DNA of 60,213 bases, counting the filler. It is 8 parts of 8 records of this genome, joined end to end, with 100 filler letters (N's around TTAATTAATTAA, not from the genome) between each part and the next. Parts side by side here need not be neighbours in the genome. Positions count along the whole stretch, not along the records: positions 39,280 to 45,887 come from DRR723986_26469; positions 45,988 to 51,624 come from DRR723986_26519; 6 more parts are not named here. One strand, 5' to 3'. Numbering within the stretch: position 1 is the first letter of the stretch; each line of letters opens with the position of its first letter. The position numbers and the translations under genes were made by a program. The notes under the pieces were generated by a model, which did not search any database, was not told where the DNA came from, and saw only the letters and a list, made by a program, of their open reading frames with translations. Of this stretch, positions 39,585-49,638 are shown piece after piece.

Positions 39585-40025
39585 ATGGCAATTAACCCGA
39601 TCCCAGAATCAATGCAGCGCGTCACTCCCTACCTACTCGTAACGGACGTTGACGCCCTGCTCCATTTTGTCAAAGAAGTATTTGGCAGCAAGGTACTGGA
39701 CGCGATGAAGACGGAAGAAGGCAAGACCGTCCACTGCGAGTTTACGATTGGCGACTCGATGATAATGGCCGGCGCCGCCAAGAACAGCGAGGAAGTGACG
39801 GCCGGAATGTTATACGTATATGTAGAGGATACCGATGCGACCTACAAACGTGCACTCGAACTCGGTGGCACAAGTTTAATGGAACCCGCCGATCAGTTTT
39901 ATGGCGACCGCAACGCCGGCGTCAAAGGCCCACAGGGTGTCTCATGGTGGCTTGCCAGTCGCATTGAACAGGTCAGTGATGAAGAAATGGCTAAACGTTC
40001 AAAAGATTGGACGTCGAGTTTGTAG
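39585..40025 (+). CDS. VOC/glyoxalase (PhnB-like) protein
   Basis: VTPYL, HCEFTIGDSMIM, YVYVEDTDATYKRALELG, DQFYGDR. Confidence 0.9.
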   Translation: MAINPIPESMQRVTPYLLVTDVDALLHFVKEVFGSKVLDAMKTEEGKTVHCEFTIGDSMIMAGAAKNSEEVTAGMLYVYVEDTDATYKRALELGGTSLMEPADQFYGDRNAGVKGPQGVSWWLASRIEQVSDEEMAKRSKDWTSSL

Positions 40026-41129
40026 GCTGAGGGAGTTAACACTTCAGCGTTTTTATAAAATGCGACAGCTGCTGAACTGGGAGTAATTCCCGGATTTCAG
40101 CAGCTGTTTGTGCATCTAGTACTTTTGGGGCGTGAGCACTGCGCCCCTTATCCAGTGGCCGGCTTTTTTCTTTTTGTTAACTGGCGGGTTTTATACTGAA
40201 AGAATCTGAGGCTGGAGATTCAGTGATTAACAAAAAAATCAAGAAGCCTGAGGGCAAGCAGAGCGCAGCACTCAAAGCGATCATATCAAGTCATCCGATT
40301 CAAAATCACAGCAGACTTGTTTAATACAATTCGCTGCACCCCGCTCACAGCATGGCGTACACTTGCTTCAACCGGTCTCTTCGTAGATCAGAGCGATTCG
40401 GCGCAGATCTGTTTAACAGCCTCAGATAAGCACACTACCGGAATTAGAGTACATTACCCACATCACGGCTAACCAGTTAACCGGTCACTCCTCAACGTCC
40501 CGAATAGCCAATATTGCGGTCAAATTTGACTACCGGCACAAAACAACTGAAAGTATTTTAAAAAAAATTGCCTCCAGTTAGCGCTTCAACCCTCGTGACC
40601 CTATTTGTTTTGAGGAGCTTTACCGACATCCATGCAGTGAAGTCTATGCGCCGCAATCCCTTGTACATGGTCGTAGGTATAGAAAAGCTTGCAGCGAACG
40701 ACTTCTGGCACTATCCCCCGCCATAACGTTTAGCGATCATTCTCAAAAATTCACCATAGTTTTTTTTGCTTCAATGTGACCAATTTGTGTAAGTTGTGTC
40801 CAGCTATTACTCAGCACTGTTGGAACAACAAGTTGACGATCAACAACTACCCAAAAAGCCATGTACTTTCAATCTAGACCTGTTGAGAGATCATTGATGT
40901 AAAGCGCCCAATTCGGGGTTTTGATTCACAAATTCCGATGCAGGCAGTTCATCAAGTAATTTCGATTTGGAGATTGCCCCCCACGTTTGTACTACCGATA
41001 GTACCACTGATAGTACCACTGCTTTTTGTTTGATCACATATTAGCCCGTGTTCCGCAGTCTCATCGTCGCTGTGACAGCACTTGTCATTGGTGATGCACT
41101 ATCTAACTTTTTTTACAAAGGTAAATGCT

Positions 41130-42122
41130 ATGTATCCAAGTTTTTTGGTCAATGCAAAGAGATCGCTATTGAGCCTCGCGGCAGCCTTGCTGTGTTTCTT
41201 TTCCGTCGCCGAAATGTCGGCACAGATTCCACTGGCCTGTACGCCGGATTGTCCTCAGACGCCTTTCAACGGACCATTCACATGGAATGTCGGCATCACG
41301 ATTCCCCCATGCCCCAGCCCGGTCACATTTGAGGTCACCTTCTGGACCCGACATGCCTGCAATATCTGGTGGGATGTTCAGATTACCGGCATTCGGTCTA
41401 TAGGCGGCGTTTATTCCGAATGTTCCGGCGTGCGGATATTCCCGGAACAATATTTTGCGGCAATTTTACGGGAAATCATGGAGCACCCGTCCAATCCGAC
41501 CGGTTTTCCGCCATTCAACCCCGGTGACTGTGAAACTCAGTGGCGCGTCTCCGTGGGGGCCTGTCAACGTGTGGTCGGCATCAATCCCGGCCCCGGCGAA
41601 AGCTGGTGGAAAATGGAAATGCTCAATTGCGATGAGACCGTCTGCTGTCTGACGCCGTTCACGGTCTGTATGAATCCCGACGGCAGTAAAACTGCCACTG
41701 CCAATGGCGGCTCGGTCGGCGGTTCAGACTGCCCGCCGGCAGATCCCACTTTCGTACCGGAAGATCCAAATTGGGACGGACTGTCGCGACCCTGTCAAGA
41801 CGTCTGTGGTTGGTCTAGTTGGGGCCTCACTAAGAGCGGCGCACGCCTGCCGATCGAATTCGATAATTCCGGTTTGACAATCGCGCCAAATCCCGCGCAA
41901 CAGAGTGTCCAGATGGATTTCGACAGTGGTCTTGCCGGTAACGCGCAGATCGTAGTGGTCGATGCCCGCGGCAGTCAGGTAGCGCGCCTTGCGCACACGA
42001 TTGTAGCGGGTTCGAACTCACTGAACATCGATGTAAGTGAGATGCCCGCCAGTACGTACACTGTCCAAGTGCTACTTGATGGCAAAGTACTGACTCAAGG
42101 TCGATTCGCGGTTACGAGGTAA
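41130..42122 (+). CDS. Cys-rich secreted protein with a T9SS C-terminal sorting domain
   Basis: Signal peptide; Cys-rich mature part; IAPNPA..IDVSEMPASTYTVQV..FAVTR. Confidence 0.82.
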   Translation: MYPSFLVNAKRSLLSLAAALLCFFSVAEMSAQIPLACTPDCPQTPFNGPFTWNVGITIPPCPSPVTFEVTFWTRHACNIWWDVQITGIRSIGGVYSECSGVRIFPEQYFAAILREIMEHPSNPTGFPPFNPGDCETQWRVSVGACQRVVGINPGPGESWWKMEMLNCDETVCCLTPFTVCMNPDGSKTATANGGSVGGSDCPPADPTFVPEDPNWDGLSRPCQDVCGWSSWGLTKSGARLPIEFDNSGLTIAPNPAQQSVQMDFDSGLAGNAQIVVVDARGSQVARLAHTIVAGSNSLNIDVSEMPASTYTVQVLLDGKVLTQGRFAVTR

Positions 42123-42188
42123 TTTTTTTACTTTCAACCCCTCCGTCGTCGTGGCGGAGGGGCGGATCATTTACCGGAAAATTGGCAT

Positions 42189-43514
42189 ATGCGTTTCCCA
42201 CTTGCTTTAGCCTGTCTCGCGTTCTTCCTTCTAAGCAGCGCGCCGCCGCTACCAGCGCAACCCGGCACCTGGACTATCAGCGACGATCAGTCCAGCTTGT
42301 CCGTCGTCTACCGCAAAATTGCCTGTAGCGACCCGCAAAATTGCCTGGCCTTAGGATGGATCACCAATTCCAGTACTTTTCTGCGGCGCAGCACCGATGG
42401 CGGCATGAGCTGGGAGACTATCGTGCGGGTATCCGAAATTCCTGCCCCACCGGTGTGGCAGACCTTCGCGGTCCCCGACCGCCAAACCATCGTAGCCGGC
42501 GATGATAGCGGCGACCTGCACGTCAGTCGCGACGCCGGCGAAACATGGACCGTGGTGCAAACGCCCTTCGAGCGCAGCATCAAACACGTCGAAATGCTTG
42601 ATGATCAATATGGCGTGGCATACAGTTACCATGCATTACTCATTACCAAAGACGGTTGGGAATCATTTGAGCGAATCGATCTGAGCAATGCAATTTCTTC
42701 GCCGAATCTCATCGCCGACCTGCAGATACACGCTATTGACGACATTGTCATCTGTAACAATCAAATATTCGCGCGCACGCGCGACGGCGGCGAAACCTGG
42801 CAGGAAACGACATTAGCTGAGGGCGGTGGCTGGAGCTCGCTGGATTTTGTTAATGCAACTACGGGGTGGATGGCAGGTACCCGCTTGACAGGCAACGGCA
42901 GCATCGCCGCTGATCTGATTCAGCGCACCGATGACGGCGGCCTGACCTGGACAACGCAGCTGGATTCCCTGATCGAGGTGCCGGCCGGATTAACCCAGAT
43001 TGATTTTGCCGATGAACGTTGCGGTATTGCCGTCGGACGCGCCTTAAAGATGCTGCATACGACGGACGGCGGCGAAACCTGGACACGTTATCCTTTTCCA
43101 GATCCGCTTAGCGATGAAGGGGCCGCGCGCGTGACGTTTCTGCTGTCGCTGGCTTATCCCGGCGACGGCCTTGCGCTGGCCGGCAGCAATAATGCCGGAC
43201 TCCTCCTGCGCTTTGATCAAACGACGAGCGGCGGAATCGCGGATGCCGAAGATGATCGATCAGCCGTGCTTCTTTACCCCAATCCTGCCACCGACAAATT
43301 GTGGCTGCGGCTGCCGCCCAATGACCGCATTCAAACTATCCGCATGGTCGATGCCACCGGTAAAACCGTCCGTAAGCTCAGCAGAGATTTGCTCAAGGAA
43401 AACTCCGGCGGACTTATTGCGCTTGACGTGCAAGACATCCCCTCCGGTTCATATGTCATTCATATCAGCGGCGAATCAATCAGCTTGACGAAATCCGTTG
43501 CGATTATTCGTTAA
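42189..43514 (+). CDS. Ycf48/BNR-repeat beta-propeller with a T9SS C-terminal domain
   Basis: Repeated (S/T)xDGGxTW Asp-boxes; LYPNPATD..IPSGSYVIHI. Confidence 0.88.
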   Translation: MRFPLALACLAFFLLSSAPPLPAQPGTWTISDDQSSLSVVYRKIACSDPQNCLALGWITNSSTFLRRSTDGGMSWETIVRVSEIPAPPVWQTFAVPDRQTIVAGDDSGDLHVSRDAGETWTVVQTPFERSIKHVEMLDDQYGVAYSYHALLITKDGWESFERIDLSNAISSPNLIADLQIHAIDDIVICNNQIFARTRDGGETWQETTLAEGGGWSSLDFVNATTGWMAGTRLTGNGSIAADLIQRTDDGGLTWTTQLDSLIEVPAGLTQIDFADERCGIAVGRALKMLHTTDGGETWTRYPFPDPLSDEGAARVTFLLSLAYPGDGLALAGSNNAGLLLRFDQTTSGGIADAEDDRSAVLLYPNPATDKLWLRLPPNDRIQTIRMVDATGKTVRKLSRDLLKENSGGLIALDVQDIPSGSYVIHISGESISLTKSVAIIR

Positions 43515-43579
43515 ACTGCAATCCCACACCGAACGAGTTTTTTGATTACACGCCACCGCTGTATCCTGGCGACCCACTG

Positions 43580-43775
43580 ATGTTTGCCGGCGCAGCCAAA
43601 GGTGCCAATTACGTGACTGTGGGTGTGCTGAATGTTTACATAGAAGATGCAGACGCCAGCTACAACAATGCCTTTGAGCTGGGAGCCGGCAGTTTAATGG
43701 AACCCGGCAGTCAGTTTTATGGGAAGCGCAATGCCGGTGTTAACAGCGCAGGGCGCATCATGGTGGCCGGCAACT
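43580..43775 (+). pseudogene. Degenerate copy of the C-terminal half of the VOC gene at 39585
   Basis: AGAAKGANYVTVGVLNVYIEDADASYNNAFELGAGSLMEPGSQFYGKRNAGV aligns by eye to AGAAKNSEEVTAGMLYVYVEDTDATYKRALELGGTSLMEPADQFYGDRNAGV. Confidence 0.8.
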
Positions 43776-44087
43776 TTCGGTTCACTGTAATTTGCCTAAG
43801 GTTAAATAAGTTTAAGCCGGTGCGGCAGCTTGTTACACTACAACCCGTCGCAACTTTTAGCAGTATGATCACAACCGCTAACCACACCCTGGCGCAACTG
43901 CAGGCACACCAACCAGCAAACTCATCCTGCTCTATTTACGGTTCACCATTCTTTTGTGAAATACAGCATTGGATTCTGATTACAGAGCCCGTATTTTACA
44001 TCATATGCCCGAAACCTTTTGATACGGCAGGCACTCTTTAGTGCTACAACACACTTGCATTCGGACTAATCTTTGAGCTTAAACTTT

Positions 44088-45431
44088 ATGAAAAGTCTAT
44101 CCCTAACGCTATTGTTTTTCTGTCTCGCCATATCGACTGCTTCAGCAGAATTCAGAACGCTGAGGTACACACCTCCCGGAGATGTCAGGTCCGGCAGTGA
44201 GGGCACGTATGCAATCAACTTCATGCAGGCCATTGACGACGAGCTTTTTGTTCGGTTTAACACATCGGATTCAGTCTACATTTTCAGCAATGGGGCGTGG
44301 AGCACCCACCCGGAACTCAGTACTGTCCCAACCACTGAAAGAATCGTTAAAATTCTCAAAACTGCGAACGACACATACATTGCTACTGATAAGCAGTTGT
44401 ACATTGTGCGTTCCGGTGGACTGTCATTTATTAACTTTCCCGATCCAGGCTACGATCTCTCATCCATTGAGAACTACAATAATTACGATCGCACAATTGT
44501 AGACCTCAGCCTTGGCCAGAATGGCAACATTCTAGTACTTAACAGCTTTAACATCAATGGCCAAAACAGCACCGGCTTCTTGACGGTGCGTCTGAGCGAA
44601 GCACTTGTACTAAACAATACGACCGTTCTCCAGCAGTGGCGCGCACGATTTCAGCTTTCAGATATCTTTAACGATGTCCCTGAGATGCCCTTTGTGTCTT
44701 CACCCAGCTTCATTCGCTTGTATGAAGGTGATGTCGTGGTGGCTTCGTCTTCTGTTAAACCCGCATTTGGCCCCGTAGTTGTGCGCAAGGACGACGACAA
44801 CAACTGGAGTGAGATTCCGTTTAACTCTCCTGGCATTTCGGATGACTTTTCACTTTCCGGCGTGCTTTTTTTTGAGATCGAAGACAGTGACATCTGGATC
44901 AGCCACTATCAGATAAATCCAAACATTGGGCTGCTATTCCAGTACAACGGAACGTCCTGGCAGAGTTATGGCAATCTCGCAGCGGACGTCAAACTCCCCG
45001 CGGCGTTCAGCGAGCATAATAGCACCTTCCGTCCGCTCAACTTAACATTTAAGGGCGACGCGAAGTATTTCTGCACATTTGGGCATGGCCTTGTCACTCT
45101 CCGCAACAATGAATTCAGTTTTGAGCCGATTAATTCCGAGAATGAATTCGAGCCATACGTCATTCAACAAATCGAGTTTGTTGGCGACGACATTTGGATG
45201 CGTACGGGTGGGATCACGGCCAGCGGCGGCAGGCTTTTCAGGTTGGAGCAAACGGCGACTTCGGTTAGCGAAGAACTTACACCCTTGCCATCCAAGCTCA
45301 TTAACACCGAGTACTTCAGCGTTCTTGGTCAGAGGCTCTCTGCCGACGATTTACGTTCCGGGATGCTGTATATGCGCGTGGAGCATTATGCGGACGGCAG
45401 TACGGTATCGCACAAGTTGATTGTTGATTAG
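44088..45431 (+). CDS. Secreted beta-rich protein with a T9SS-like C-terminal tail
   Basis: Signal peptide MKSLSL..ASA; tail TSVSEE..EYFSVLGQRL..KLIVD. Confidence 0.75.
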   Translation: MKSLSLTLLFFCLAISTASAEFRTLRYTPPGDVRSGSEGTYAINFMQAIDDELFVRFNTSDSVYIFSNGAWSTHPELSTVPTTERIVKILKTANDTYIATDKQLYIVRSGGLSFINFPDPGYDLSSIENYNNYDRTIVDLSLGQNGNILVLNSFNINGQNSTGFLTVRLSEALVLNNTTVLQQWRARFQLSDIFNDVPEMPFVSSPSFIRLYEGDVVVASSSVKPAFGPVVVRKDDDNNWSEIPFNSPGISDDFSLSGVLFFEIEDSDIWISHYQINPNIGLLFQYNGTSWQSYGNLAADVKLPAAFSEHNSTFRPLNLTFKGDAKYFCTFGHGLVTLRNNEFSFEPINSENEFEPYVIQQIEFVGDDIWMRTGGITASGGRLFRLEQTATSVSEELTPLPSKLINTEYFSVLGQRLSADDLRSGMLYMRVEHYADGSTVSHKLIVD

Positions 45432-46056
45432 GAGTTTAACGGCCTTCGCAGTGCACAGCCAAACAGATGTTAAATGTTTTTGGGCTTGAGGCTTGATTGC
45501 TGCGCCCCCTCGGTTTCACCGTTTGGTGGCTGGCTTTTTTATCCTCTTGTTAGTCGCTGAGTCTTCAGCTTTCAGCTTGCCGGCTGGAATGCTCGCATGA
45601 TGTGATTGAGTCTCATGACTTGCGGCTTATGGCAATGCGGTCAATAAACGTTGTCCAGGTCTTTGTTTTCGTCCAGGCTCAAGATTTTGTCGCTGGGCGG
45701 CGCTTGTTCGTGGCTGAATCTCGGGTAACATATGGTTCAGAAGTCTGACTTTGTGTAATTCTGATAGTTCCAAGGCAAATCGACGAAGCGGGCAGGATTT
45801 GAGGCTAAGCGTGCAGAGATATAGGATTTGAGATGATGATTGAGAGTTGAAGTATTTCAGGCACCCGGGTCGAGCCCTTAGGGCTCGNNNNNNNNNNNNN
45901 NNNNNNNNNNNNNNNNNNNNNNNNNNNNNNNTTAATTAATTAANNNNNNNNNNNNNNNNNNNNNNNNNNNNNNNNNNNNNNNNNNNNGCTCTATCCAGTT
46001 GAGCTAAGGGACCGCTGTTCCTGCTTTTGCAGATTTTCCGGGGGCGGCGCAAGCGG

Positions 46057-46974
46057 TCAGCCCGTCTCGGCCACCGCCCGGCGGGCCATCTCCATCGCCG
46101 CCTCGCGGGTGGCCGCGACCGCGATGAACCGCCCGGTGTGGCAGAAGCGGGCCCCCGCCACGCCCGAGGCGCGCTCCAGCGCCGCGTCGGTCAGCCCGGC
46201 CCAAGCCTCTGGCAGGTCGGCGCGGCTGTCGAAGGTCTCGGCGTGCTTCCGGATCGTGTTCAGCGCCCAGTCGTCGCCGCGCGGGTAGACCACGAACAGC
46301 AGGTGATCCGCCCCGGCCTTCCGGATCGCCGACAGATGCGGCATCCCCATCGGCAGTTCCAGCACCCGGCCCGGCCCCGCGGCGGCGATCGCCTCCAGCA
46401 CCCGGGCCTCGGCCCGCTCGCGCGCCGCCGCCGTGGCGACCGTCGCCTCCAGCACCTGCCGAGCAAGGCCGAGCGCCGCGTCGAACGCCGCGTCCTCGGC
46501 GCCCGCGCGGGTGTCGTCGAAGGCGGGCTTCATCCGCTCCAGAAGCACCGGCAGGGTCAGCCCCGCCAGTGGCCCGGCCACCGAGGGCTCCAGCGCGCCG
46601 TTGTCCATCAGGTCCACGGGCTGCACCAGCCCCGCGTCCAGTTCCGCGTGCAGGGGGGCGACGGCTGCCTCCGGCACCTCCAGCGCGCGCAGGTAATCCG
46701 CCCCGAACCGCTGCCAGATCAGCCCGAAAGAGCTGTAGGGCGCGCCATCGGGCCGCCGCGGCGCGCCGGGCTGGTGGTGATCGAACAGGCCCCGATCCGC
46801 GTCGAAGGCCCGCCCCACGTCATAGACGATCCGCCCCGGCGCGGCAGAGGTCAGCGCCGCGTCGCGGCTCCGCAGCCGGCGGGCGTCGGGAAACAGCCGC
46901 GACAGCACGACGGTCGACAGAAGCTCATCCGCGTGAAAGCCACCGGAGTGGGTGACGAGTTCGGTGACCCGCAT
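46057..46974 (-). CDS. MYG1-family exonuclease
   Basis: VTHSGGFHADE, YDVG, FDHHQ, YSSFGLIW, ARFCHTGRF; start at ATG 46974. Confidence 0.9.
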   Translation of the reverse strand: MRVTELVTHSGGFHADELLSTVVLSRLFPDARRLRSRDAALTSAAPGRIVYDVGRAFDADRGLFDHHQPGAPRRPDGAPYSSFGLIWQRFGADYLRALEVPEAAVAPLHAELDAGLVQPVDLMDNGALEPSVAGPLAGLTLPVLLERMKPAFDDTRAGAEDAAFDAALGLARQVLEATVATAAARERAEARVLEAIAAAGPGRVLELPMGMPHLSAIRKAGADHLLFVVYPRGDDWALNTIRKHAETFDSRADLPEAWAGLTDAALERASGVAGARFCHTGRFIAVAATREAAMEMARRAVAETG

Positions 46975-46986
46975 CGCGCGCCCCCC

Positions 46987-47129
46987 TGTCGGTGTGAATC
47001 GGAATAAAGTTGCTTCCAGATGACGTGAAAATATTCGCAGTTTCAATGGGTTATTTCTCCTCGTTTTGACCTCGGAGCAAAGATTTCGCGAAAATCAGGG
47101 TAAGATCCCGCGAAGTTTCGGAAGTAAAA
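46987..47129. mobile_element. Putative transposon end (TGT terminus plus transposase-binding repeats)
   Basis: TGTCGG at 46987 coincides with an abrupt GC drop; TCGGAATAAAGT (46999), TCGGAGCAAAGA (47072), TCGGAAGTAAAA (47118). Confidence 0.6.
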
Positions 47130-47155
47130 AAGGAAAAGCCCGCCGAAGCGGGCTT
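47125..47155 (-). terminator. Terminator after tniQ
   Basis: AAGCCCGC-TTCG-GCGGGCTT followed by TTCCTTTTTT on the minus strand. Confidence 0.85.
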
Positions 47156-47179
47156 GATCATCCGTTCTGTGGGGAAGGA

Positions 47180-48655
47180 TCAGCCTGCGAATTCCGTGTA
47201 AATCAAGGGCCGGACCTCGACGAGAATGGACCCGATTCCGGTCCTGTCGGGATGTCGGACCGCCGGAATCTTGCCTTCGAGAATCTCGATGAACAGGTGT
47301 TCGAACCGGCCCGCGCCACGCTGGCACGCATAGGAGATGGGGTGGAAGCCTTCGTCGTTCGAAGGCTGCAACATCGGCAAGCGGGCTACCTTCTTCAACA
47401 GTTCGTCTAGGTGGGAGCGGGAGAAGACGACGTGGCGGACCGATCCGCGGGCGGACCTCGGAACCAAGGGCAGCACGATACCTTCGCGATACAGGATTTC
47501 GACTTGCCGCTTTGTCGTCCCCAGGTAATCCGGGAGGTCTCGCAGGGGAACGGCCGTCTGAAACGCTTCGATGAGCGGGACGCTTGTTGCCGCGTCGAAC
47601 ACCATGTTCCCGCTTTCGACCTCAGTCGCCTCATCCGGGATTTCACCAAGTTTCTTGAGGAGGCGGGCCAGCCTCGACCGATCGATGCCAACCGCATCGG
47701 AGAGACTGTAGAGGGTGTGGAATCGCCGCTCGGTGATCTCGACGCCAAGGACCGTCGTGCCGGGCTCCACAGCCGAATGCTTCACGATGTGGTCGCGCAA
47801 GATATCACGGACCGGGCCGGGATCGATGGAGTTGGCCCGGCGGTCGAGCCAATCGAAAAGTCTGCCGTAGTAGGCGAGAGGCCCGGCCTGCACCGCCGTG
47901 GCAGGAGACGTCTGGCGGATTGTGTCCAGCGCCTCTTCGACCGCTTCTGGTCCGTCACTGTAGATAGAAAACCCGATGTCGGTGGCTTCTTCGGACTCGG
48001 CGGAAGACAGCTTCGTCAGGGTGACTTTGTGGCCGTGCTGCAGGATGCCACCGATCATCTTGGAGGCCGCCAGAACCTGCTCCAGCGTCTGGTTTACCAT
48101 CCAGTGGGTTTCCGAGACACCACACCCATGAACGCGTCCGCGAAGCCACGAGAGGTACTCTGGGACTTCAGCCTCAGGCTCCTGCGCCGTTGCCAAGGTC
48201 ATGTCGTTCAGCGCGACCCGAAGACTCGTCGCAGTGCCCTCGGGTGTCGATGACAACCACAGTCCGTGCCGGTCGCAGCGATGAACGTGACGGAAGCCCC
48301 ACATCAGGCGGAAACGCCACTCGGTGGGGCCGCCGTCTTCTGCGAGGCAGGCTGAGCAGTAGCATTTTGCCTGAGGCGACAGGAACGGTTTCGAGATCGC
48401 TTCACCTCGGAACTCGCCACCGCGCTGGAGAACACGAATGGCGTTTCGCTGCAGGTAGTGCGACCCGTGGCCGGTGGCTTCCGCGAACTGTGCAATGGCT
48501 TCAGGTCGCCCGGCCCTGAAGTGCTCGTGGCTAATCCCGCAGTCACGCAGAAGCCGCTCCATGCCGCGGCCGGTATGGAACATCGACAGGCGGTCGGCGT
48601 AAGAGGTCAGGGTCTCCGCCGGGTCGAACTGGAGTACCGGACGCAACATCGTCAT
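47180..48655 (-). CDS. tniQ: TniQ/TnsD-like target selector (491 aa)
   Basis: ETLTSYADRLS, YCSACLAED..W..CDRHGLWL zinc motif, long C-terminal extension. Confidence 0.85.
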   Translation of the reverse strand: MTMLRPVLQFDPAETLTSYADRLSMFHTGRGMERLLRDCGISHEHFRAGRPEAIAQFAEATGHGSHYLQRNAIRVLQRGGEFRGEAISKPFLSPQAKCYCSACLAEDGGPTEWRFRLMWGFRHVHRCDRHGLWLSSTPEGTATSLRVALNDMTLATAQEPEAEVPEYLSWLRGRVHGCGVSETHWMVNQTLEQVLAASKMIGGILQHGHKVTLTKLSSAESEEATDIGFSIYSDGPEAVEEALDTIRQTSPATAVQAGPLAYYGRLFDWLDRRANSIDPGPVRDILRDHIVKHSAVEPGTTVLGVEITERRFHTLYSLSDAVGIDRSRLARLLKKLGEIPDEATEVESGNMVFDAATSVPLIEAFQTAVPLRDLPDYLGTTKRQVEILYREGIVLPLVPRSARGSVRHVVFSRSHLDELLKKVARLPMLQPSNDEGFHPISYACQRGAGRFEHLFIEILEGKIPAVRHPDRTGIGSILVEVRPLIYTEFAG

Positions 48656-49638
48656 GCCTGCCATCCGATGGCTTCCAGCTCCCGCTTTACGGTGCCCCAT
48701 TCGGCCGCATGGAAGGGCGTCATGTCGGCACCTTTCCGATTCTTGCGATAGACCGCTTAGGCGCGTTCAAGTGACAGCATCGTACGCCGCCGGGTGACCG
48801 CATCATGCAGGATCGCCTTGGCCAGTGCGACGCTTCGACCAATCTGTCCATTCCTGGCAAACAGGATGCGTTCGACGAAGGCGTCCTCCTCGGAGACTTC
48901 GATGCCGAGAACCTCCGCGGACTTCCTGAAATTCGTGTCGAAGACCTTGGTTTCTCGGCTTCCTGGGCGAATGTCGTGGAGGTCCAGTTCCTGAAGACGA
49001 CGGTAGGTTTCTCCCGAAGTTTCCGAGAGCATGGCCTCGCGCAAGTCTGCGACACCGGCGATGATGAGGCAAATGCCGCCGGCGGACTGGAGAATATGCT
49101 TCATGGACTGGATAGCGCCAAGCTTGTCGCAACCGGCGCCGGGGCGAAACAGGTGGTGGCACTCATCGATCACCACGAGCTGGACGCCAACCAGGGAGAG
49201 GCGATGCATGACCATTTCCCAGGCATCTGCAGAACGGAGCTTGGCATCGACGCGCTGATACCCTGTCGCGGCGAGGATGACTTCAGCCAGCTTCTTGATC
49301 GTGGCATCCGGGCGGACCGTGATGTAGAGCGTATTGCCTTCCTGCTGGTCGGTCATCTCGGTCAGCACGGAGCTCGTCCTGAGGGTCCGTTTCAGCAATG
49401 CGGTCTTGCCGTCGCCGGAGCGGCCGATCACCATCAAGCCACGGCTTTCCCCTGTCAGCGGGTCGATCCGCGGCTGTGCTGTCATCTCGCCGTCGTCGTC
49501 GATCTCGAAGAGGTCGAAGAGATGGTCGTCGATCACCTCCTCCATGCCGAACCGCCAGTAGCGTTCCTTCAGCCATGTGGTTTTCTGGGAAATAGTGGTC
49601 GGGGCGGTTTTGCCGGTCTGAATCGTCATGCGCATCAC
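48652..49638 (-). pseudogene. tniB: TniB/TnsC-like AAA+ ATPase with a probable premature TAA at 48757-48759
   Basis: GRSGDGKT, VVIDECHH; the frame stays open past the TAA to a TGA overlapping the tniQ ATG. Confidence 0.72.

Noticed and set aside
43580-44041. 153-aa ORF as a real gene
   Set aside because: Only the first 55 or so codons match the VOC family; the rest is read-through after a frameshift.
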